DNA from: an uncultured Anaerolineales bacterium
GTDB taxonomy: Bacteria > Planctomycetota > Phycisphaerae > FEN-1346
Length of the DNA stretch: 64,000 bases
Assembly (NCBI GenBank): GCA_964526295.1
Contig: CAZGKW010000013.1
Location: 31,468-95,467, forward strand
Direction: 5' to 3'
A model generated the notes under the pieces. That model worked only from the letters and a program-made list of their open reading frames with translations. It was not told where the DNA came from and searched no databases. Positions 56,524 to 64,000 of this stretch are shown in pieces (within the stretch, counting starts at the first letter, position 1; each line of letters opens with the position of its first letter). A program made the position numbers and the translations under genes.

Positions 56524-57294
56524 CTACTTTCGGAGCCCCTGGGCGAGTGCTGTGACCTTCCGGCTGATCTCGTCGGCCCGACGGGCGGCCCCGGCGGCCC
56601 GCTCCTCGCCGGGCGACGCCGGGTCGATGCGGCCCGCCTCCTCCGAGAGCTGCTGCACCTCGGCCGCCAGCATGCCGTACTCGGCCGACCGCCCGACCGT
56701 GCCTGCGTGCGGCAGCGAGTAGGTGAGCTTCTCGCGGAGGGCCTTCAGGCGCGCGGCCAGGTCGGCCGTCGCCTCGGATGAGGCCAGACGGTCCTCCTGG
56801 GTGCGGATCGCCGCGGCCAGGGCCGGCGGCGCCGGGACGCCCTCCGGCACGGGCTCGCCGCCCGCCGCCGCCCCCGCACGGGCCAGGTAGAGGAACACGA
56901 AGATGCCCAGCGCCGCGGCGGCCAGCAGCACCTGCGTCGCCAAGTGCAGCCGGTCGTACAGCTCGCTGCTCTCTCCGGCCGCGTGGACCAGCATCAGGGC
57001 GAAGCTGATGATCGCATAGATGATGACGACGACGTTGACGGCCGGGAGGACGCCGCCCGTCGCGCCGGACGGCATGGACCGGCGGATGGCGTAGAAGGCA
57101 TAGGCCCCCAGGCCGCCCCAGACCACCAGCGCGAGCACCTCGGTCCAGAGCATGTTCCGCCAGAACTGGGGCGTGCGGTCGTCCGTCTCGACCAGCAGCA
57201 GGGCGAGGACCACGATCGCCGCCGCCGTGATGATGTACCCCAGAACCGACGCGACCCACACGCCGTGGATGGGCCTGGCCATGGCGGTCTCCAT
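56524..57294 (-). CDS. 4-TM membrane protein with a C-terminal coiled-coil
   Basis: Its ATG overlaps the SPFH gene stop by 1 nt (TGATG). Four hydrophobic helices are predicted. Confidence 0.5.
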   Translation of the reverse strand: METAMARPIHGVWVASVLGYIITAAAIVVLALLLVETDDRTPQFWRNMLWTEVLALVVWGGLGAYAFYAIRRSMPSGATGGVLPAVNVVVIIYAIISFALMLVHAAGESSELYDRLHLATQVLLAAAALGIFVFLYLARAGAAAGGEPVPEGVPAPPALAAAIRTQEDRLASSEATADLAARLKALREKLTYSLPHAGTVGRSAEYGMLAAEVQQLSEEAGRIDPASPGEERAAGAARRADEISRKVTALAQGLRK

Positions 57295-58493
57295 CACAGG
57301 TCCTTCAGGATCTCGGCCTTCTTGGCGTCGTAATCGTCCTGCGTGATGAGCCCGCCGTCGAGGAGGGCCTTGAGCTGCTGGAGCTTGGCCACGGGGTCGG
57401 CCTGGCCGGCCGGGGCGGCGCCCCCGCCGGGCGCGGCGGGCGGTCCAGGCGGAGGCGTCTCGGGGGCTTGGGGCGCCTGCGCCCCGGTCGCCGACTCGGG
57501 CGGGGGTTCGGCCGAGGGTGGGGGCTCGCCGGACGGGGGCGGAGTCCTGCCCTTCGGCCCTTCGCCCCCCTGGCCTTCCTGCCCCTGTTGGCCCGGCCGG
57601 CCGGGCTGGACGTTCAGGTTGCTCCCCATCTGCTGACCGACCGGCATGCCGGCCCCCAGGCCGACGCCTAGGCCCAGCCCCGCCGAAAGGAGCTGCCCGG
57701 CCCCGCCGCCCTCGTTCGAGGCGGCCTGGTCGAGGGTGTCGAAGGTCCGCATCGTCGTGTAGGCGGGGCCGACGTTCGCGCCGGAGATCTGCTCGATCTC
57801 CATCCGCCGACGGAGCACCTCCTGGAACTGCTCCTTCTCCTCCTGCGGGATGCTGATGCTGACGACGTTGAAGTTGATGACTTCGATGCCGAACCGGCCG
57901 AACTCTTCCCGCATGTCGCTCTCGGTGAACTGCGACAGGTCGTTGAGGCGGGCGGCGATGTCGAAGATCGACGCCCCCCGCTCGACGAAGTACTTCGCCA
58001 GGGCATCGGAGAACCGCTGAACGATCAGGCCGATGAAGTAGTCGAAGATCTTGCCGCTGTCGGCCGACGGGAGGGTCCCCACGATCTGCGTGATGAACGC
58101 CCGGGAGTCCTCGATCCTGAGGCCCCACGTCCCCCGGGCCCGGACGCTGATGGGGAAGTTGTACCGCGGGTCCACCAGGTTCACCGGCGAGGGCGTGCCC
58201 CACCGGAGGTCGCGCTTCACGTGACGGTTGACGAACCAGACCTCGGCCGTAAACGGCGTCTGCCCGCCGAACGGCCGATTGATGAGCCGGCGCAGCAGGG
58301 GCAGGTTGCCCGTGGCCAGCGAGTGGGTGCCCGGCCCGAACAAGTCGAGGGCCTTCCCGCCCTTGACGAGCAGGGCCTCCTGGGCCTGGTTGACGATGAG
58401 CTGGGTCCCGAGGCGAAGCTCTTCCCCGGGGAACTTGAAGGCCAGCTCCTCGTCGCTGGCAGCATCGTGCTTGACGCGATCGATCAGTGCCAT
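57294..58493 (-). CDS. SPFH/band-7 (stomatin/flotillin-like) protein with a Pro/Gly-rich linker and a C-terminal SHOCT domain
   Basis: It has an SPFH core followed by a low-complexity PPP-rich linker. The terminal LKALLDGGLITQDDYDAKKAEIL is a SHOCT-like motif. Confidence 0.75.
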   Translation of the reverse strand: MALIDRVKHDAASDEELAFKFPGEELRLGTQLIVNQAQEALLVKGGKALDLFGPGTHSLATGNLPLLRRLINRPFGGQTPFTAEVWFVNRHVKRDLRWGTPSPVNLVDPRYNFPISVRARGTWGLRIEDSRAFITQIVGTLPSADSGKIFDYFIGLIVQRFSDALAKYFVERGASIFDIAARLNDLSQFTESDMREEFGRFGIEVINFNVVSISIPQEEKEQFQEVLRRRMEIEQISGANVGPAYTTMRTFDTLDQAASNEGGGAGQLLSAGLGLGVGLGAGMPVGQQMGSNLNVQPGRPGQQGQEGQGGEGPKGRTPPPSGEPPPSAEPPPESATGAQAPQAPETPPPGPPAAPGGGAAPAGQADPVAKLQQLKALLDGGLITQDDYDAKKAEILKDL

Positions 58494-58699
58494 GACGTGG
58501 TCCCCTCAGATCACTTGCCGCTCCCGCGAGGACGATACGGCAGCAGGCCACGGCGGGACACCCCTCGGCGTACGCCTCGAAGGGCCGCCTCTGGGTACCA
58601 TAGGCCCCCGCCCGGCGGGGCGTCAACCCAAAAGGGCCTCGGCATCTCCCGCAGGCCGGTCGCGGGCGGCCCGTCCGCCCAAAATGGGGCGGAAACTGC

Positions 58700-58728
58700 T
58701 TACACCGGCCGCCCAGGGATGCTAGAAT
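58700..58728 (+). promoter_or_regulatory. Candidate sigma70-type promoter with an extended -10 (TGcTAGAAT) for the Ubl operon
   Basis: TGCTAGAAT lies ~125 nt upstream of the Ubl ATG in a 350-bp divergent intergenic region. The -35 element is weak (TTACAC). Confidence 0.25.
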
Positions 58729-58851
58729 TGCCGCGGGTGCATTTGAGGGGCCGGCGCGCCTGGTCGTCACCGCCCACGGCGACGACCAGATGGGCAATAC
58801 GTGCGAATTCAGACACCGGCTGGTGCGTATGAGCAGGTGAGGCAGGGGTCG

Positions 58852-59145
58852 ATGGCCGACGAGGACGAGAACATCAACGTCGAGGTCTGGGACGCCACCG
58901 GAAACAAGCGGATCACCGCCAGCCTCCCGCGAAACGCACCGGTCAACCGCATCCTGGTCCTGCTGGTGGACCGGATGAACCTGCCGCGGCACAGCCCCGA
59001 CGGCCAGTTGATGAGCTACAAGTTCCACCACAAGGCGAGCGGGCGGCAACTCCTGGACGAGGAGACTCTCGAGGACGCCGGCGTCCACGAAGGCGACGTC
59101 CTCAGAATCCAGCCGGAGATCACGGCGGGGGGCCGCGAGCCATAA
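58852..59145 (+). CDS. Ubiquitin-like beta-grasp protein (pro-form). A di-glycine is followed by a 3-residue tail (…ITAGG-REP).
   Basis: The GRQLLDEETLEDAGVHEGDVLRIQPE block parallels ubiquitin's [26 protein letters not shown]. The core ends in GG+REP. The ATG at 58852 has a GTGAGG RBS. Confidence 0.6.
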   Translation: MADEDENINVEVWDATGNKRITASLPRNAPVNRILVLLVDRMNLPRHSPDGQLMSYKFHHKASGRQLLDEETLEDAGVHEGDVLRIQPEITAGGREP

Positions 59146-59292
59146 GCAGGTAACGCGATTCAGCGCATCGGGTCTCCGTCCCCGCCGGGCCCGCCGGGGC
59201 AGGGACGGGAACACGTCCGCCCTTGTCGCGGTGTGCACAGAGACCCACCGCACGATGAGCGACGCCTCGCATGAACACGACGGGAATGCCCC

Positions 59293-60480
59293 GTGAGTGA
59301 GACCCCCGCTATCCGGATCGACGGCGCCGAGCCGGAGGCGCGGTTCAGCCGCTTCGAGCTCATCTCCTGGTGGGACCAGAGGCGCCTGCGGGAGGCCAAG
59401 GTCCTCGTCATCGGGGCCGGGGCCCTGGGCAACGAGCTCGTTAAGAACGCCGCCCTCCTGGGCATCGGGAACCTCCTCGTCGCCGACATGGACCGCATCG
59501 AGGGGTCGAACCTGTCGCGGTCGGTCCTGTTTCGGGCCGAGGACGAGGGCCGGCCCAAGGCGGAGGTGGCCTGCGAATCGGCCCGGGCGATCTACCCGGA
59601 CGTCGCCGCCCACCCCTTCGTCGGCAACGTGGTCCACGACCTCGGACTCGGGCCCTACCTCTGGGCCGACGTGGTCCTCGGGGGGCTTGACAACCGTGAG
59701 GCCCGCGTGGCGGTCAACCGCGGGGCCGCCCTGGCCGGGAAGACGTGGATCGACGGGGCCATCGAGGTCTTGAGCGGCCTGGTGCGGGTCTTCGACCCGG
59801 CCGGCGGGCCGTGCTACGAGTGCACCATGAGCGAGGTGGACTGGAAGATCCTCCAGGGCCGCCGGTCCTGCGCCCTGCTGACGCGGGAGGAGATGGAGAC
59901 GGGCAAGGTGCCCACCACGCCGACGACCGGCAGCGTCGTCGCCGGCCTCCAGGTCCAGGAGGCAGTGAAGCTCCTGCACGGCCTCGACGTGCGGACGGGC
60001 GAAGGCGTGCGGCTCGACGGCATCACGGGCGGATTCGAGCCCGTCCGCTACCCCCGGAAGGCCGATTGCGCGGGGCACGAACGGCTGGAGCGCATCGAGC
60101 CGCTGGACGCCGGCGCCGCCGACGTGACCGTCGGGGAGCTGCGGGCGAGGGCCCAGGCCGACCTCGGGCCGGCAGCGACGCTCGAGCTGTCGCGCGACAT
60201 TATCGCGCGGCTCGTGTGCCCCCAGTGCGGCGCGGCCGAGGATCGGTTCGCCTCGCTGGGCCGGGTGACCGTCTCGGAGGCGGCGTGCCCGGCGTGCGGC
60301 CAGGTCCGCATTCCCGAGACGCTCTTCGAGCTGGAGGCCGAGGAAGGCCTGGCCGATAGGACGTTCGCAGCGCTCGGCGTCCCGCCGATGGACGTCGTTA
60401 TCGCCCGGCAGGGCGACGACGCGGTCGGGTACCTGTTCGACGGCGACGCGGAGGCCGTGCTGGGCCCGCTGGCCCGGTGA
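59293..60480 (+). CDS. ThiF/MoeB/E1-like adenylyltransferase with Zn-binding CxxC pairs
   Basis: It has a Rossmann GxGxxG (VLVIGAGALGNELVKN) and the CYEC...C / CPQC...CPAC motifs. Confidence 0.7.
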   Translation: MSETPAIRIDGAEPEARFSRFELISWWDQRRLREAKVLVIGAGALGNELVKNAALLGIGNLLVADMDRIEGSNLSRSVLFRAEDEGRPKAEVACESARAIYPDVAAHPFVGNVVHDLGLGPYLWADVVLGGLDNREARVAVNRGAALAGKTWIDGAIEVLSGLVRVFDPAGGPCYECTMSEVDWKILQGRRSCALLTREEMETGKVPTTPTTGSVVAGLQVQEAVKLLHGLDVRTGEGVRLDGITGGFEPVRYPRKADCAGHERLERIEPLDAGAADVTVGELRARAQADLGPAATLELSRDIIARLVCPQCGAAEDRFASLGRVTVSEAACPACGQVRIPETLFELEAEEGLADRTFAALGVPPMDVVIARQGDDAVGYLFDGDAEAVLGPLAR

Positions 60481-60557
60481 TCGGCGGACCCGACGCCGCG
60501 TGACGTCTGCGGTCGCCGGGGCGCCGGCGCGGACGCGACCCATGAGGAGGACCCCAG

Positions 60558-61874
60558 GTGAGTGACGCCGACCAGCGCGGGGGCGGTTCGTCCGAGGCGG
60601 GCGGTCGGGCCGGCAGCGGACCGGACTGCCGGCGGATCGACCCGTCGGGGCTCCGGGAGGCGGCGTTTCCCGCCCCGGAGTCGCCGGAGTATCGGGTCCA
60701 CTTCAGCGAAGACGCCTACGAGCAGATGAAGGCCCACGCCGCCACCACCGACGAGGTGGAGCTGTGCGGCGTCCTGGTGGGCGAGGTCTGCAAGGACGAG
60801 CAGGGACCGTACCTGCGGATCACGGGGGCCATCGAGGGCCAGGGGGCCAAAAACTACGGGGCCCAGGTCACGTTCACCCACGAGACCTGGAGCCACCTGC
60901 ACGAGGTCAAGGACGCCCGCTACCCGGACACGCGGATCGTGGGCTGGTATCACACGCACCCGGGGTTCGGCGTGTTCCTGTCGAGCATGGACACGTTCAT
61001 CCAGGAGAACTTCTTCAGCGAGCCGTACCAGGTGGCGGTGGTCATCGAGACGCGCCGCGGGGTGGAAGGCTGCTTCGTGTGGCAGGACGGCCGGTGCGTG
61101 CCGCTGCGGCGGTACTGGGTCGGCGACCGGGAGGTCTCGCTGACGCCGGGCGAGGCGGAGGCGTTCGAGGGGTCGCCGGACCGGGCCAAGGCCGAGGACG
61201 TCCCGGTGGAGAACGAGGACGAGGCGGGGCCCCTGCTGCCTCCCTCGATGCTGACGTACGCCCTGGTCGTGCTGGTCTTCGTGGGCGGGGTGATGATCGG
61301 GGCGTTCTTCCTGGGCACGAAGGGGAACGGCGCGGCCGAGCGGGCCGCCGAGAACGAGGTCTATTCGATCCTCGAGTCGGCCGCCCTGGGCACCCTGGCC
61401 GCCGAGGACCTGGAGCGGGTGCGGAGCGAGCTCGAGGCCGTCCGGCGGAATCTGGACGAAGGCAAGGCCGACCTGGCCGTAGAACAGGTGGAGCGGTTGA
61501 CGGCGGAGGTAGACTCCCTCAAGGGGGACTACGCCGAGCGGCGGTCGGTCCGGCGGGCCCAGTTGGCCCATCTGGCCGGCAAGCGCCGAAGCCTCAGCGA
61601 CCGCCTCGAGGTGGTCTGGCGGAACCAGGCGGAGCTGCAACGGGTCGTCGCCGACCTTTATCTGCTGCGGCTCGTCGACGCCCTGCAAAGTCTGGGCGGC
61701 ACGGACCCGTCGAAGTGGAGCGAGGCCGAGCGCCTGGCCGTCAAGCAGATGCTGGACCGGACGCTCCAGCTCGACCCCGGCAACAAGGCGACCATCGAGC
61801 GGGCCGTGCCCGGCCTGGTCGAGCACTTCTATCCGCCCAAGGAGGCGGCCAAGAAGGACAAGCCGGACGATTAG
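60558..61874 (+). CDS. JAB/MPN (JAMM) metallopeptidase with a TM helix and a C-terminal coiled-coil
   Basis: It has the E..H.H..(7)S..D JAMM motif (GWYHTHPGFGVFLSSMD). A hydrophobic helix LTYALVVLVFVGGVMIGAFFLG follows. A GAGGAGG RBS sits before the GTG. Confidence 0.7.
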   Translation: MSDADQRGGGSSEAGGRAGSGPDCRRIDPSGLREAAFPAPESPEYRVHFSEDAYEQMKAHAATTDEVELCGVLVGEVCKDEQGPYLRITGAIEGQGAKNYGAQVTFTHETWSHLHEVKDARYPDTRIVGWYHTHPGFGVFLSSMDTFIQENFFSEPYQVAVVIETRRGVEGCFVWQDGRCVPLRRYWVGDREVSLTPGEAEAFEGSPDRAKAEDVPVENEDEAGPLLPPSMLTYALVVLVFVGGVMIGAFFLGTKGNGAAERAAENEVYSILESAALGTLAAEDLERVRSELEAVRRNLDEGKADLAVEQVERLTAEVDSLKGDYAERRSVRRAQLAHLAGKRRSLSDRLEVVWRNQAELQRVVADLYLLRLVDALQSLGGTDPSKWSEAERLAVKQMLDRTLQLDPGNKATIERAVPGLVEHFYPPKEAAKKDKPDD

Positions 61875-61952
61875 GGCCGGGGCGGCCGCGCCGGCTGGGC
61901 CTGTGCCGGTCCGGATGAGCGGCGGCGAGGCCGCGCTCCGAGGACGTGACCC

Positions 61953-63014
61953 ATGGCGGACATCCGCATCACCCGAAACGAGCTGAACGATCCGGCCATC
62001 GACGAGGTCATCGGCCTGGAGCGGCAGTTCCGTCAGGCGACCGGCGAGGCCGTCGAGGACATCCCCACCCCCTTCTACTACAACCCGCTCTTCTACTACT
62101 CGCTGGCGGGCCTGGCGGGGGGCCTGATCGCCTGGGGCACCCACGAGCCGTTCTACTCCGACCGCGAGTCCATGACCCCCCTCCCGTTCATCAACGACTT
62201 TCTCCTGTTCGGGCCGGTAGCGGCGTTCATCGGGCTGTTCATCGGCGTTTCCTACGGCCTGTCGAACCGAAACGTCAAGCAGGCGCTCTACTGCGGCGTC
62301 GTGGGGCTGGGCGTCGGGCTGGGGGCGACGGTGGTGACGACCTTCGCCGCCAACTGGCTCTACAACATCACCGCGACCATGGCGGTGACGATGTCCGGGG
62401 CACGGCACGACGGCATCTACCAGCCGCGCGGGGTGGCCTTCTTCGTTCAGACGTGCGGCCGGGGGATCGCCTGGGCCATCGTGGCGACGGGGGGCGGCGT
62501 GGGGCTGGGCATCAGCCTGAAGAGCCCCCACCGGATCCTGAACGGCCTGGCGGGGGCCCTCGTCGGGGGGCTGCTGGGCGGCCTCCTGTTCGATCCCATC
62601 GACCGGTTCATCTACGGCTGGGGGGAGGAGGCCGCCACGAGCCGCGGCATCGGCATCGCCGCCATCGGCCTCCTGGTCGGTTTCTTCGTCGGCCTGTTCG
62701 AAAACATCTCGAAGGAGGCTTGGTTCCAGATGCTCCGCGGGCCGCTGGCCGGAAAGCAGTTCATCCTGTTCAAGAGCCCGATGGTCGTCGGCTCGGCCCC
62801 GAAGTGCGACATCTATATCTTCAAGGACCCGGTCATCGAGCCCTGCCACGCCTCCATCACGAAGACGGGGACCAAGTACCTCCTGAGGGACGAAGGGACC
62901 GAGGCCGGCACGTTCGTCAACGGCCGGCGCATCGACCGGTACATTCTCCAGCCCGACGACTTCGTCACCATCGGAGAGGCGGTCCTGAAGTACCACGAGC
63001 GGCACCAGTCGTAG
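61953..63014 (+). CDS. Polytopic membrane protein with a C-terminal FHA domain
   Basis: It has about 6 TM helices. The C-terminal FHA signature is YIFKDPVIEPCHASI...GTFVNGRRI...DDFVTIGE. Confidence 0.65.
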   Translation: MADIRITRNELNDPAIDEVIGLERQFRQATGEAVEDIPTPFYYNPLFYYSLAGLAGGLIAWGTHEPFYSDRESMTPLPFINDFLLFGPVAAFIGLFIGVSYGLSNRNVKQALYCGVVGLGVGLGATVVTTFAANWLYNITATMAVTMSGARHDGIYQPRGVAFFVQTCGRGIAWAIVATGGGVGLGISLKSPHRILNGLAGALVGGLLGGLLFDPIDRFIYGWGEEAATSRGIGIAAIGLLVGFFVGLFENISKEAWFQMLRGPLAGKQFILFKSPMVVGSAPKCDIYIFKDPVIEPCHASITKTGTKYLLRDEGTEAGTFVNGRRIDRYILQPDDFVTIGEAVLKYHERHQS

Positions 63015-63032
63015 CCGGCGAGAGGCAGATTC

Positions 63033-63950
63033 ATGGCCGAACCGGGCGAGAAGCGGCGGATGACGTGCCCGCACTGCCGGGTCACGGTCGAGTTCCCGGC
63101 CCGGCTGGCCGGGCACGAGCGTCCGTGCCCGAAGTGTCTGCGGGCCATCACCCTGGAGGCCCGCCCGGCGACGGGGGCGACGCCGGCCCCGGGTCCCTCG
63201 CCGGCCGCGGCCGTCCCGCCGCCGGCGGCGGGTCCGCTTTCGGAGGGCCCCGGCGCCGGTCCCCCGCCCTCGCCGGAGAAGGAGCGGCACGCCTTCACGC
63301 CGGTCCGGCCGCCGGGCAAGGAGGGGCCGGCGTTCCTGGAGCGGATGCGGGCCAACCGGGTCCTGGCCGGCCGGATCTGCCCCGGCTGCGGACAGGAGAT
63401 CGACCTGGGCGACGACGTGTTCAACTGCCCGAGCTGCAACGTGACGATGCACTTCGCCTGCCGCGAGCAGCACGGCGGCTGCGCGAACCCGGACTGCCCG
63501 GCCTATCAGGCGGCCGCCCCTGCGGCGGCTGCGGCCCCTGCGGGGGGGGCCGCGGCCCCCCCCGCAGGGGCCGACCTCGTGCCGTGCCGGTTCTGCGGCG
63601 AACCGATCACCCGGCAGGCCCGCCGGTGCCTCTATTGCGGCGAGTATCAGCAGCGCGTCCACCCGCGGTTCCGCGCCCGCCAGGATCCCCTGTCGCAGAA
63701 GGCCACCACGGCGATGGTGCTCGGGATCCTGGGGCTGGTCTTCTCGACCGTGACGTGCTGCCCGCCGCTGGGCATCGGCCTCGGGACCGGCGCCATCGTC
63801 CTCGGGGGCAAGGCCAAGGCGTCGACGACCTCGGCCGGCAAGGCCAACGCCGGCTTCATCATGGGGATCATCGCGGTGGTCCTGGGCGGGCTGGGCCTCG
63901 TGTGGCTCCTGTTCATGATCGGGGTCAATTTCCAGGCGAACGGGTACTAG
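63033..63950 (+). CDS. Multi-zinc-ribbon protein with a Pro/Ala-rich linker and a C-terminal double-TM (DUF4190-like) anchor
   Basis: It has four CxxC pairs (CPHC/CPKC; CPGC/CPSC; ...CRFC/CLYC). The C-terminal hydrophobic helices include a CCPP segment. Confidence 0.55.
   Translation: MAEPGEKRRMTCPHCRVTVEFPARLAGHERPCPKCLRAITLEARPATGATPAPGPSPAAAVPPPAAGPLSEGPGAGPPPSPEKERHAFTPVRPPGKEGPAFLERMRANRVLAGRICPGCGQEIDLGDDVFNCPSCNVTMHFACREQHGGCANPDCPAYQAAAPAAAAAPAGGAAAPPAGADLVPCRFCGEPITRQARRCLYCGEYQQRVHPRFRARQDPLSQKATTAMVLGILGLVFSTVTCCPPLGIGLGTGAIVLGGKAKASTTSAGKANAGFIMGIIAVVLGGLGLVWLLFMIGVNFQANGY
63532..63573. repeat. Perfect ~42-bp palindrome containing G8 and C8 homopolymer tracts, inside the Zn-ribbon gene
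   Basis: The left arm is cggcccctgcgggggggg, the central spacer is ccgcgg, and the right arm is ccccccccgcaggggccg. The arms are exact reverse complements. Confidence 0.7.
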
Positions 63951-64000
63951 TGTAGTGTATCAAGCAGATTGCACATTATTCAGTACGGCCCGTGCCCGTT

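Noticed and set aside
56519-57259. N-terminal extension of ORF 55895-57259, giving a 454-aa version of the Zn-ribbon protein
   Set aside because: The extension overlaps, in another frame, a well-formed 4-TM protein gene that is translationally coupled to the SPFH gene. The extension's translation is His/Gly/Arg-rich junk. The ATG at ~56518 with the MELQTFECRNCG start was preferred.
1-64000. CRISPR arrays, tRNA/rRNA genes, IS elements or integrases
   Set aside because: No direct-repeat arrays, cloverleaf-like segments or transposase/integrase-like ORFs were recognised anywhere in the window.

Overview
This is a high-GC (~70%) window from an anaerobe-type genome. It is densely coding on both strands, with no rRNA, tRNA, CRISPR or obvious mobile elements. 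Many long antisense ORFs are compositional artefacts of the GC content. The window falls into five functional blocks. (1) 1-16.97 kb, + strand: the carbonyl/methyl module of the Wood-Ljungdahl pathway. The genes are acsB (5'-truncated), acsC, the CoFeSP reductive activase RACo, acsF/cooC, acsD and acsE, followed by a stand-alone Pta-N-terminal-like (AAA+DRTGG) protein. After these come a NuoE-like / NuoF::GltD-like / Cys-type FdhA formate dehydrogenase, fdhD and moeA. (2) 17.4-23.0 kb, - strand: moaA, moaC, MOSC::mogA, mobB::mobA, nrfH and nrfA, i.e. Moco biosynthesis co-oriented with pentahaem nitrite reductase. (3) 23.2-36.0 kb: a DUF354-GT::methyltransferase fusion, a GT-C/PMT-like membrane glycosyltransferase, a B12-radical-SAM protein, pabC, pabB, purN, a cNMP-binding::acetate-kinase::PduL-phosphotransacylase tri-domain fusion, and a response regulator plus GAF-histidine kinase. 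(4) 36.2-54.5 kb, + strand: a glycan island. It has three PAPS-type sulfotransferases, one fused to a deacetylase-like domain in NDST-like fashion. It also has three paralogues of that deacetylase-like domain, a heparinase II/III-fold protein, GT2 and 2xGT4 enzymes, a SAM methyltransferase, an ABC-like membrane protein with a degenerate NBD, a flippase-like protein and a secreted protein. This is a candidate heparan-sulfate-like sulfated polysaccharide pathway. (5) 54.6-63.95 kb: a divergent pair of operons. One encodes SPFH/band-7::SHOCT, a 4-TM protein, a Zn-ribbon/coiled-coil/TM protein and a PRiA4_ORF3-like protein. The other is a membrane-associated ubiquitin-like module. It encodes a ubiquitin-fold protein with a GG-REP tail, a ThiF/E1-like enzyme, a JAB/JAMM peptidase with a TM anchor, a polytopic membrane protein ending in an FHA domain, and a multi-Zn-ribbon membrane protein. 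No E2 is recognisable. The last gene carries a perfect ~42-bp palindrome with G8/C8 tracts. Coordinates taken from my own reading of the numbered sequence may be off by 1-2 nt in places. The ORF-track frames were used as the anchor.
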